Positions 27,495-35,050 are shown, counted from the first letter of the stretch. The stretch is 57,543 bases of DNA from Candidatus Nomurabacteria bacterium GW2011_GWE2_34_25 (GCA_000990325.1 LBPS01000001.1:1-57543), one strand, 5' to 3'. Numbers and translations: made by a program. Notes: generated by a model from the sequence alone, not told the origin.

Positions 27495-27759
27495 CTGGCA
27501 TCTTTAAAATATAACAGGGGGGCTAAAAGAGGTTAATCTCGACTGGCTAAAGCCTAAAAATCGTTTTCACGACCAGGAAAAGTGCATTGAAACATAAATG
27601 ATATGATTATTACAAACATAGTCGTAACCTTCAAATCTTTAATTGTTAGATTGTTTATCTTTCTTCTTTATTGCCTATGGCGACCCGAGGGTTGCCATAC
27701 AACTTTAAATGAGTTGACAAACATTAACACTCATCTCGTAGACGTATATCTCCACGAGC
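27468..27759 (-). ncRNA. Candidate structured non-coding leader / template RNA of the RT
   Basis: ~290 nt between a near-consensus minus-strand promoter and the RT ATG, with no listed minus-strand ORF. Hairpins at 27735-27758 (wobble consistent with the minus strand), 27676-27699 (GC-rich) and 27561-27572 (tcgt-GAAA-acga on the minus strand). Confidence 0.45.
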
Positions 27760-27765
27760 AACCTA

Positions 27766-27794
27766 ATTATAGCTCGATTTTATATAAAAATCAA
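27766..27794 (-). promoter_or_regulatory. Sigma70-type promoter driving the RT leader
   Basis: Minus strand reads TTGATT-17 nt-TATAAT (-35 = 27794..27789, -10 = 27771..27766). Confidence 0.6.
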
Positions 27795-27820
27795 TCTATA
27801 TTTTCAGACAGAATACTTTT

Positions 27821-27846
27821 CCGAACTTCGTCCCAAGCTCGGAGCA
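27821..27846. repeat. Island boundary motif, copy 1 (between the divergent RT and SLOG promoters)
   Basis: ccgAACTTCGTCCCAaGCTCGGAGCA. Related copies at 28980-29035 and 30042-30066. Confidence 0.6.
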
Positions 27847-27849
27847 TTG

Positions 27850-27877
27850 TTGACAAATCTATAAAATATGATATCAT
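27850..27877 (+). promoter_or_regulatory. Promoter of the SLOG operon
   Basis: TTGACA-16 nt-TATCAT with TG extension (tgatatcat). Confidence 0.55.
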
Positions 27878-27920
27878 ATGCAAAGTGATAGTTCTTTGAT
27901 ATTAGGATTTAAGTTACATT

Positions 27921-27971
27921 GATTGAATTATTTTTGTTTCTAAAAATTTTAGAGACGAAAATAATTCAATC
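27921..27971 (+). promoter_or_regulatory. Leader hairpin 1 (terminator/attenuator-like) in the 5' UTR of the SLOG gene
   Basis: 22+ bp stem gattgaattatttttgtttcta / tagagacgaaaataattcaatc. The two non-Watson-Crick pairs are U.G on the + strand. Followed by attttttaa. The 5' arm is identical to hairpin 2. Confidence 0.65.
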
Positions 27972-28000
27972 ATTTTTTAACTTATAAAATCCAAAACAAA

Positions 28001-28570
28001 ATGAGAAAAACATTAACGATCGGAGTAATGGGTCCTGGTGCAAACGCAACAGAACAAGAAATTTTACTTGCTGAAAAAGTAGGGAAAATTATTGCCAGGA
28101 AGGGTCATTATGTATTAACTGGTGGTTCAAACACTGGAGTAATGAATGCTGCTTTGAAAGGAGCAAAAAGTTATGATTCCAAGACTGGAACAATAGCAAT
28201 ACTTTCTCATAATGGAGAAATAGAAAAAACCTCGCCTTATGCAGATGTCTGTATTCCTACTGGAATGGGTGAAGGCAGAAACTATATGAATATAAGAAGT
28301 TGCGACATCATTATTTTTTGTTGTAATAATTTGTACAAATCAGCTGGAACATTTTCAGAGTTTGCATTTACGATTAAACACAGAAAACCAGTCATATTTT
28401 TACACCAAAAAGATGATCCCAATAACAAATTTAGAAAGATTTGGGAACAACTTTTAACTTCTATCTGTGAAGAAGATCAACACGAAGATCAAATCATCGC
28501 GGACAACATTCAAGATCTCGATAAGTATCTTGATATTATTATTGAAAAAATAAGTAATATTCACACTTAA
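28001..28570 (+). CDS. SLOG-superfamily protein (TIGR00725 / LOG-like Rossmannoid nucleotide-binding fold)
   Basis: IGVMGPG...GHYVLTGGSNTGVMNAALKGA...IPTGMGEGRNYMNI...AGTFSEF, matching the TIGR00725/LOG pattern as I know it. Confidence 0.7.
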   Translation: MRKTLTIGVMGPGANATEQEILLAEKVGKIIARKGHYVLTGGSNTGVMNAALKGAKSYDSKTGTIAILSHNGEIEKTSPYADVCIPTGMGEGRNYMNIRSCDIIIFCCNNLYKSAGTFSEFAFTIKHRKPVIFLHQKDDPNNKFRKIWEQLLTSICEEDQHEDQIIADNIQDLDKYLDIIIEKISNIHT

Positions 28571-28580
28571 ATTTACCGAT

Positions 28581-28892
28581 ATGGAAAAATCTGTTACCAG
28601 AAAAATTCTAAAAGGTTTAGAACTTTTTGAGAATTTACCTAATTTAAAGATTATAGAAGTTCTTGGAAAGAATTTTTATTTAATCTTAGACGAGGGTGAT
28701 GAAATTGAAGTAACTGTATGGTCGGTGGAAAAAAGACATGAATATAATTCTTGGACCTTAAGCGTCAGTATAAAATCAGAGAACACTGAAAATTTATTAA
28801 AAAGATTTACGCTCGCTTATAATACCCAAGAAAAGGAAGCCGAAATATATTTACCAAATAAAAACTACCAGGAGTTAACCTTTTTCACTTAA
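28581..28892 (+). CDS. Hypothetical small protein co-transcribed with the SLOG gene
   Basis: 103-aa ORF 10 nt downstream of the SLOG stop, followed by a hairpin. No motif recognised. Confidence 0.55.
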   Translation: MEKSVTRKILKGLELFENLPNLKIIEVLGKNFYLILDEGDEIEVTVWSVEKRHEYNSWTLSVSIKSENTENLLKRFTLAYNTQEKEAEIYLPNKNYQELTFFT

Positions 28893-28979
28893 AAAAGCTG
28901 TTTGATTTAATGTTTGTAAAAATCCTACCTCTCCATGAAGTTAAAGGATTTTTTTATTTTCTACTCAATATACTTATTA

Positions 28980-29035
28980 GAACTTCGTCCCATCCAGTAC
29001 CCAGTAGGTTATTTTTATAAATGAGGTTCGGAGCA
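28980..29035. repeat. Island boundary motif, copy 2 (split by a 33-nt insert)
   Basis: gAACTTCGTCCCA[33 nt]GGTTCGGAGCA. Confidence 0.55.
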
Positions 29036-29075
29036 AAATTTTGAGCCATATTTTATTATGGTTATTTTTGATGTA

Positions 29076-29104
29076 TTGACAGTAACCTAGATTAGAAGTA
29101 ATGT
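29076..29104 (+). promoter_or_regulatory. Promoter of the ORF 29137-29336 unit
   Basis: TTGACA-17 nt-TAATGT. Confidence 0.5.
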
Positions 29105-29136
29105 GAAGAAAATAGTAACCTCTAAAAATTGATATT

Positions 29137-29331
29137 ATGACAAAGATTGAAAAATTATTAGAACAATATGACCATGAATCAGCAGAGTATGTTGTTTTGC
29201 ATGCTGAAAACGAAAAGCGTCATGGGAGAGAACCATCACAGCCGTTTGCTGGAGAAAATGATCCTAAAAAAGCGTTACAAATTGCACTGTCTCTCGCTTA
29301 TTTACCAACTGATATAATCCTAACTATTTAA
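29137..29331 (+). CDS. Hypothetical small protein
   Basis: 64-aa ORF, 4 nt upstream of the next ORF. Confidence 0.45.
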   Translation: MTKIEKLLEQYDHESAEYVVLHAENEKRHGREPSQPFAGENDPKKALQIALSLAYLPTDIILTI

Positions 29332-29335
29332 AGAT

Positions 29336-29947
29336 ATGGATACTATCAACAAGAGAGACCATTTAAAATGGATAGAAGAAAATTTTGGTCCTCAGTATGT
29401 GCTTGAATATTTTGTTTGTTATAATTTAGAACAAATAAAAGAAGCTATAAAATATTTTGAGGTTCAAAAAAAACCATGGGCAGTTAGAACAGATACGACA
29501 GGTTCTTTTTTTCAAAAAGACAGCTCTCCTTTCTGTAAAGAAAACCCGTTAGAGGTTTTTAATATATGGGAGGAATATGGTACTAATTTATATTATATTG
29601 TTTGCGCAACTCAACCGAAGGATCTTATTTGCCAAGCAATAGCGTTTTATATAGATAGTGAACATATTGTTATTGAATTCAATGACATTGATCCAAATTC
29701 AACCACCATTAGAGATATGGATAAAAAACCTTATGATCAGTTGAAAAGAATAGGAGTTGGTCCTAATACAATGATCTTGCATCCACTTTACCCTACTCTA
29801 TTTTTACGCTCTTTTAGACCTGAACAAGTAACAAAATGGTCTTTTGATCGTATTTATTATTTAATGATGGATCAATTACTGTTAGGAAATAGTGTGAACA
29901 GGATAGAATTCACTGTAAAATCTGGGGGAGGAATAATTATTTGGTAA
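29336..29947 (+). CDS. Hypothetical protein
   Basis: 203-aa ORF. No motif recognised. Followed by a wobble-containing terminator hairpin (~29983-30025). Confidence 0.55.
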   Translation: MDTINKRDHLKWIEENFGPQYVLEYFVCYNLEQIKEAIKYFEVQKKPWAVRTDTTGSFFQKDSSPFCKENPLEVFNIWEEYGTNLYYIVCATQPKDLICQAIAFYIDSEHIVIEFNDIDPNSTTIRDMDKKPYDQLKRIGVGPNTMILHPLYPTLFLRSFRPEQVTKWSFDRIYYLMMDQLLLGNSVNRIEFTVKSGGGIIIW

Positions 29948-30041
29948 AAGCTGGTTTTATGTAATTTACTAGCTTAAAAAATTAAACTCGCTTAGGAAGA
30001 CCCAATCTTCATGAGCGGGTTTTTTATTTAATGTGGCCATT

Positions 30042-30066
30042 CAAACTTCGTCTCCAGTTCGGATTA
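30042..30066. repeat. Island boundary motif, copy 3
   Basis: cAAACTTCGTCTCCAGTTCGGATTA, directly 3' of the kinase gene stop. Confidence 0.5.
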
Positions 30067-30070
30067 AATT

Positions 30071-30592
30071 TTAAGAAATATTTTTTAATATTTTATCTAC
30101 TACAATATTAATTGGATTAATATTATTGATGACGATTGCACCTTTGTCTATTAGATTTTGAGGAAAATCTTTATACCAATTTAAAATATGTTCTTTCTCT
30201 GACTGATGTTTCCCAAATTGGTGGTCTTCTCTTTCATCAATTCTTTTTACTAATGTCTCGAGAGGGCACTGAAGAAGAAAAACTTTATCAAATAAATTCA
30301 GATATTCATCTTGATTTGCAGACACACCACAAACAAAAGAAATTTTTTCATTCTCATTTAATATTTTCTTTAATTTTTCTATATCACAATACCAATCATT
30401 AGCTTCAAGAAATTCTTTTCCTATACCATATTCAAACTTGGCATTCCTCATTGTTTTGTTGTGTTTCCAACTACAAAGACCATATTCTTTTGAATCTTGA
30501 TCTATAGCAAAAATACCTCGTTTGTTCAATTCTTTAGTAACAGTTGTTTTTCCTGTTCCACTCACTCCTGTTACATAATATATTTTCCTCAT
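30071..30592 (-). CDS. P-loop NTPase / small-molecule or nucleotide kinase-like protein
   Basis: 173 aa. Walker A GVSGTGKTT at residues 9-17. Size and layout resemble adenylate/shikimate/gluconate-kinase-fold proteins. Confidence 0.65.
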   Translation of the reverse strand: MRKIYYVTGVSGTGKTTVTKELNKRGIFAIDQDSKEYGLCSWKHNKTMRNAKFEYGIGKEFLEANDWYCDIEKLKKILNENEKISFVCGVSANQDEYLNLFDKVFLLQCPLETLVKRIDEREDHQFGKHQSEKEHILNWYKDFPQNLIDKGAIVINNINPINIVVDKILKNIS

Positions 30593-30655
30593 TTGTATAT
30601 TATATCATATTTTACAATGGTTATTTTGTCTTGTATTTTAACGAGTTCGAACCTA

Positions 30656-30684
30656 TTGACTTTACAAGTTGAAAAATGTAATGT
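30656..30684 (+). promoter_or_regulatory. Promoter of ORF 30803
   Basis: TTGACT-17 nt-TAATGT. Confidence 0.5.
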
Positions 30685-30728
30685 AAAAGAAAAACAGTTT
30701 TTTGAAATTGAATTTTGGGTTATGTTTG

Positions 30729-30773
30729 TTGAATTATTTTTGTTTCTAATATTTGGAAATGAGAATAATTCAA
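30729..30773 (+). promoter_or_regulatory. Leader hairpin 2 in the 5' UTR of ORF 30803 (paralog of hairpin 1)
   Basis: ttgaattatttttgtttc / gaaatgagaataattcaa: 18 bp with three positions kept paired only as G.U/U.G on the + strand. Same distance from promoter and ATG as hairpin 1. Confidence 0.6.
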
Positions 30774-30802
30774 TAAATCTTTAACCTTTAAACAAAAACA
30801 AG

Positions 30803-31207
30803 ATGAAAAAGAATGTTTCATTAATTATTTTAGGCCTAGTACTTGCTATTGCCTGTGTTTTCGTTCCTTATTTTATTGGTCTTAGTGATAACATAATTGG
30901 AGCAATTACGATGGGGTATTTTTGTGGAATTGGTATATTGATTCCAAAATTGTTAATCTTAAAAAATGTAACAAGTAAAGAAGATTATTGGCTGCAAATG
31001 ATATTAGGGCTAATTGTACTGTATATTTCATTAAGATTAATATTCAATATCGCGGGTCATATTTTTAATAAAACTTTCTTTGAAGAATCAGGGGAAGATT
31101 TCTTATTAGTTTCTTTATGTCTATTCATAGGGTACTTTATTGGGACAGGGTACAGAATATTCCTGTGTCACACAAAAGGAATTAATGAATATTACAAAGA
31201 ATCTTAG
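30803..31207 (+). CDS. Four-helix integral membrane protein, hypothetical
   Basis: 134 aa, four hydrophobic segments. Confidence 0.55.
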   Translation: MKKNVSLIILGLVLAIACVFVPYFIGLSDNIIGAITMGYFCGIGILIPKLLILKNVTSKEDYWLQMILGLIVLYISLRLIFNIAGHIFNKTFFEESGEDFLLVSLCLFIGYFIGTGYRIFLCHTKGINEYYKES

Positions 31208-31573
31208 TCGCTCGCCATTGTGAGTAATAAAGATCTGCCCTTTCTAGTGGAGATGAAATATTAATATCTAATTAATTTTATTTCAAAAAACTTAAAACCA
31301 ATCTGTCGGGAAATCATCTAAATTAAAAACAGTATTAATTTATGCTATTATTTTTGGGGTATTAATAGCTATGTATTATGTAAAACGATATTTTGGACTT
31401 GAAGGAATGGCCTTCCCAAAGTCGTAATATGGTTTTGAAAAAATATTAAAGGACTGGCTGTAATGGTCAGTCCTTTGTTAATACTCCCAACCATTGGAAA
31501 GGACTACTAGTATCTATATTTTTCAAAAGGTATACACTTAAGATAAATCTACACAAATTCTAAATTTAATCTT

Positions 31574-31804
31574 ATGAAAAATGTAACAATTTGCCTAGTC
31601 TGTTGGGATGTTTATTGTAATGGTATTTATGTATCGAGTGTTAGAGAAATGGCAAAATTATTATTAATTACGAACTCTAATACTACGGAATTCAATATTG
31701 TACGGCATATTTGTCATGGATGCTCCAGGTCTGTTTCTAGTGAATACATAGAAAAAATTAAGAAAAAATACTTAGAAAAAACACTAGAGCAAACTTCAGA
31801 ATGA
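31574..31804 (+). CDS. Small Cys-rich (zinc-ribbon-like) protein
   Basis: 76 aa. CLVC...C...HICHGC. Confidence 0.4.
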   Translation: MKNVTICLVCWDVYCNGIYVSSVREMAKLLLITNSNTTEFNIVRHICHGCSRSVSSEYIEKIKKKYLEKTLEQTSE

Positions 31805-31874
31805 AGTTTGCTCTTTCATTTTAATATAGTTTACCCATTCCATTTCCAATGATTCGCAAGGATTGTCCTTGCAA

Positions 31875-31910
31875 ATTAATAAAAGCCCTAAGTTAAGGGC
31901 TTTTATTAAT
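31875..31910. terminator. Bidirectional terminator
   Basis: attaataaaagccct aagtta agggcttttattaat: 15-bp stem between ORF 31574 and the YggT-like gene. Confidence 0.7.
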
Positions 31911-31918
31911 TAAAATAT

Positions 31919-32275
31919 TTATTTTTCTTGATCGTTCAACTTAACAGCAGCTTCTGGAGTTGAAACTGTCTTTCCAATAAGAAAGATTTTAATAATACCA
32001 ATAGCTAGCATCCAATACACCACCATTGCCAATAAGGTGGTCCATTCAAAGATACTTCCAGATACATTTGTTATTCTAAAAACATTGAGAAATGGAGTAG
32101 CAAAGATGTGCGTTATTTGATAAATCAAACTACTGAAACCAGCACCAGCATTTGCTCCTAGAAATTTTAGGACAAACCTAAATGCTAATAATACTTCTAC
32201 AACACCCAAAACGTACCAAACTATTTGAGTTCCTCGATATAGAGGCTTTGTACTGGGTGAATTTGTTGAGTCCAT
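31919..32275 (-). CDS. YggT-family-like membrane protein
   Basis: 118 aa, two or three TM helices, PFLNVFR...G.IFEW pattern reminiscent of YggT. Confidence 0.5.
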   Translation of the reverse strand: MDSTNSPSTKPLYRGTQIVWYVLGVVEVLLAFRFVLKFLGANAGAGFSSLIYQITHIFATPFLNVFRITNVSGSIFEWTTLLAMVVYWMLAIGIIKIFLIGKTVSTPEAAVKLNDQEK

Positions 32276-32493
32276 AAATTTAAATTTAAATTATTAATAA
32301 TATCTATAAACATTCTTACGACTTAATTCATTATAGTCCTATATGATAATAATAACTATTATATTAAACTTAGTCTGTTGACCTAGATATTAATAAAATC
32401 CCAATTTATTCCAGACCTAGAGCCAAAGAACCCTCTATAATTGGGGATTTTGAGAGGTTTACTGATCTAATTTTCATTGTTATACTAGATATT

Positions 32494-32703
32494 ATGCAAA
32501 AAATAGCAACTCGAGTTTTTATTTATTCATCTATCGTTTTTGGGATTATAGGTATTTTGGTTGTCATAACTGGTTCTGGGCCAGATACACCAGATTCTAG
32601 GATAAGTGAAATATTTATCAGGCTTCTATTTGCGACTGTATTTATTATACTGCCCTCATTTGCATTGAGTGTTGCTAGTAAGTATCTAAATGACAAATCT
32701 TAA
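32494..32703 (+). CDS. Small two-TM membrane protein
   Basis: 69 aa. Overlaps the start of the Nudix ORF. Confidence 0.45.
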   Translation: MQKIATRVFIYSSIVFGIIGILVVITGSGPDTPDSRISEIFIRLLFATVFIILPSFALSVASKYLNDKS

Positions 32704-33190
32704 TTCTCAACAGTACATGGCATATACTAAAAATAATAAACTTCATATTGTTTCAGCGGTTGCTGTTATTAGAAATAATGAAGGTAAATATTTAGTTCTC
32801 AAAAGATCAGATAGAGAAATTGCTTATCCTGGTATGTACACGTTTCCTGGAGGAAAAGTTGAAGACAATGACACCATAGAGGAAACTCTAGTAAAAGAAG
32901 CAAGGGAAGAAGCAAACTTGGATTTGAAATCTGGGAAAATTTTATTAAAAGATAAATCTTTCATAAGGCCAGACGATCAAACAGTCAAAGTATTCTCCTA
33001 CTTATGTGAAGTTGAAAATTCTGATAATATTAAAATTAGTGATGACTTTACCGACTACAAATGGGTATCTTTTGAAGATTTGGAAAATATTTCACACGTT
33101 GGTATAGAAGATGAATTGCTCCAAGCAGATAAGTTATATAAACTTAACATATCATTACAAAACTTAAATACTAAAAGCCTAAAGGGTTAA
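32690..33190 (+). CDS. NUDIX hydrolase
   Basis: Nudix box GGKVEDNDTIEETLVKEAREEANLD. Confidence 0.85.
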   Translation: MTNLNSQQYMAYTKNNKLHIVSAVAVIRNNEGKYLVLKRSDREIAYPGMYTFPGGKVEDNDTIEETLVKEAREEANLDLKSGKILLKDKSFIRPDDQTVKVFSYLCEVENSDNIKISDDFTDYKWVSFEDLENISHVGIEDELLQADKLYKLNISLQNLNTKSLKG

Positions 33191-33307
33191 TCTAGACAAA
33201 TTATTACTATTAGACCCCCCCATCTCAATACAGAAAATTGGGATTTGATATTTAAGAGTGGTATAATGGTCTATTATTAAAGTTTTTTTATTATTATAAT
33301 CAAATTT

Positions 33308-33835
33308 ATGTCTATTTTATATAAAAGTTCACCATTTGAAACATATATGTATTATGTTATCTATCCGGTGCTAATGGGGATCACAGCCTTTTTTATTTTT
33401 GGAATACTGTCATATGGTAGCCTTACTTTATTTACCACAGTTTTTATTTTTATTTTTGCATTTATATTTATTTTATCAGCAGAATCTTTTTATAGGTTGA
33501 AGTATATTGAAGTTACTGAAGATTATATTACAATTAAAGGGATAACTGGAAATAAAATTATAGAATTTAAGAATGTAGAATATGCATATAATTTTATAAA
33601 TCTAAATGGGAATTCACTTGTAATTTGGTATAAAGATTCTAAAACACAAAAGTCAAAGGTAATTTTAGTAAGGCCAGATGAAAAAAGTCCATCTCCACAA
33701 GTTGGTTTTCCTATTTACTCTTATGGCTCGGCTGAATTGGAGATAACAAAATTTATAAAAGAAAAAGCTATAAAAGCTAATCCAGGCTATTTATATACAA
33801 ATAAACCCCGTTGGATTTTCTTTTGTCTTAAATAA
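33308..33835 (+). CDS. Membrane protein, hypothetical
   Basis: 175 aa. Two N-terminal TM helices then a soluble domain. TATAAT lies 7 nt upstream of the ATG. Confidence 0.55.
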   Translation: MSILYKSSPFETYMYYVIYPVLMGITAFFIFGILSYGSLTLFTTVFIFIFAFIFILSAESFYRLKYIEVTEDYITIKGITGNKIIEFKNVEYAYNFINLNGNSLVIWYKDSKTQKSKVILVRPDEKSPSPQVGFPIYSYGSAELEITKFIKEKAIKANPGYLYTNKPRWIFFCLK

Positions 33836-33871
33836 AATTTTTATTTTAACTTATGCTATAATTAAAACATT

Positions 33872-34270
33872 ATGGGAGAAACTATGAATTTTGATTTTAA
33901 TAAGGGAAGAAAAACTGAGGTAAGTTCACCGGATGTTACTAATGACAATCCATCAGAGAAAAAAGATATAGATAAAAGTGCCGGTCTAACAGACAGAGAA
34001 AAAGAAATACAAAAATTAGCTGATCCATTTCTTAAATTTATAAGATTTGTTATTTCGGATAAGCATAAAAGATTTATGAATTTACAAGTTACAAAGCTAT
34101 CTTTTAACCAAGCAAGAGAAACAGTAAGTAAATATTCCAATGAAGAATTAATCAATTGGCTGATAGATCATGATGAAAGCGAATGGGTAGTAAAGCCCGC
34201 ATTTTATATGGCTGTTTACAGAGAAATGGAAGATAGATTACCTGAACGTTTTAAAAATAAATTAAAATAA
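33872..34270 (+). CDS. Hypothetical protein
   Basis: 132-aa ORF. The antisense ORF 33862..34155 is judged spurious. Confidence 0.5.
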   Translation: MGETMNFDFNKGRKTEVSSPDVTNDNPSEKKDIDKSAGLTDREKEIQKLADPFLKFIRFVISDKHKRFMNLQVTKLSFNQARETVSKYSNEELINWLIDHDESEWVVKPAFYMAVYREMEDRLPERFKNKLK

Positions 34271-34286
34271 TTTAAATCAGAAATAC

Positions 34287-34904
34287 TTAATTTTGTAATT
34301 CACTTTTTAATTTATGCATCATTTTTCCCCAAAAAAATGAGATTGTTATAATAATCATTATAAAGAAAATAATACTAAAATTACCAATTAGCTTATTGAT
34401 TGCTTGCCAGTTATCGCCAAAGAAATATCCAACTGAAGAGTAAAATAATACATTTGCAAATGTTCCTATAATTTCATAAGTTAAAAATTTCTTGTATTTA
34501 ATTTTACTAATTCCACATATAATATTTAATGTTATAGTTGAAATAACTTCAAAACGACTTAGAATAATAATAAATCCGGATTTTTTACTTATACCTTTTT
34601 CAACCAAAATAAAATCTTTTGAATTCAATACTTTGTTTATAAATGGAATATGAGAGAAAACTTTTTTCCCATATAGTTTCGCTAGTAAGTACGACAAGTT
34701 ATCTCCTGCTATGTTTGCAATGATAACTATTATTAATAAAGTAGAAATTTTAAAATATCCCTGGCTGGCGAAAGCAGATGAAGCAATAAGTAGAGTTCCT
34801 GCTGGAATAGGAATAAAAAGTGCTGAAAAGAATGTAACTACAAACAATGCCCAGTATTTGTAGAGTATTATATAAGGCAAAATGAGTTCGGTTAAGATGT
34901 CCAT
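34287..34904 (-). CDS. DedA/SNARE-associated (VTT-domain) membrane protein
   Basis: 205 aa. FIPIPAGTLLIASSAFA...ANIAGDNLSYLLAKLYGKK pattern of DedA. Confidence 0.7.
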   Translation of the reverse strand: MDILTELILPYIILYKYWALFVVTFFSALFIPIPAGTLLIASSAFASQGYFKISTLLIIVIIANIAGDNLSYLLAKLYGKKVFSHIPFINKVLNSKDFILVEKGISKKSGFIIILSRFEVISTITLNIICGISKIKYKKFLTYEIIGTFANVLFYSSVGYFFGDNWQAINKLIGNFSIIFFIMIIITISFFWGKMMHKLKSELQN

Positions 34905-35050
34905 ATATATACATCATATCAGCATTTTTATATTAATTATAATTATTATTAACACCCCAATACTGATTAATATATCTTTGCAATTTAGATAGCAATTTTT
35001 GTAAATTTAGAGTATAATACGCCTATCTTATTAATAACCAAATAAATAAT

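Larger units (their letters stand above)
18289..31900. mobile_element. Putative integrated element / defence island at tRNA-Asn; right boundary not determined
   Basis: A recombinase abuts the tRNA 3' end. The following ~13 kb hold only hypothetical, RT, nuclease-like, SLOG and kinase genes, with long non-coding spacers and island-specific repeats. I found no direct repeat of the tRNA 3' end. Confidence 0.45.

Noticed and set aside
27468-27759. Classical retron (msr-msd) interpretation of the RT leader
   Set aside because: I could not find the flanking a1/a2 inverted repeats. The RT (about 440-450 aa, long N-terminal extension) is larger than typical retron RTs. This is kept only as one possibility within the broader ncRNA-RT hypothesis.
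27821-30066. Interpretation of the boundary motifs as integron attC sites
   Set aside because: The copies do not fit the RYYYAAC / GTTRRRY core-site consensus. No tyrosine integron integrase is present; the only recombinase is a serine recombinase.
32396-33243. Inverted 12-mer aaatcccaattt flanking ORF 32494 and the Nudix gene, considered as possible mobile-cassette ends
   Set aside because: The match is short and resembles the common AAAATCCCC/GGGGATTTT terminator stems seen throughout the window. It is probably terminator convergence.
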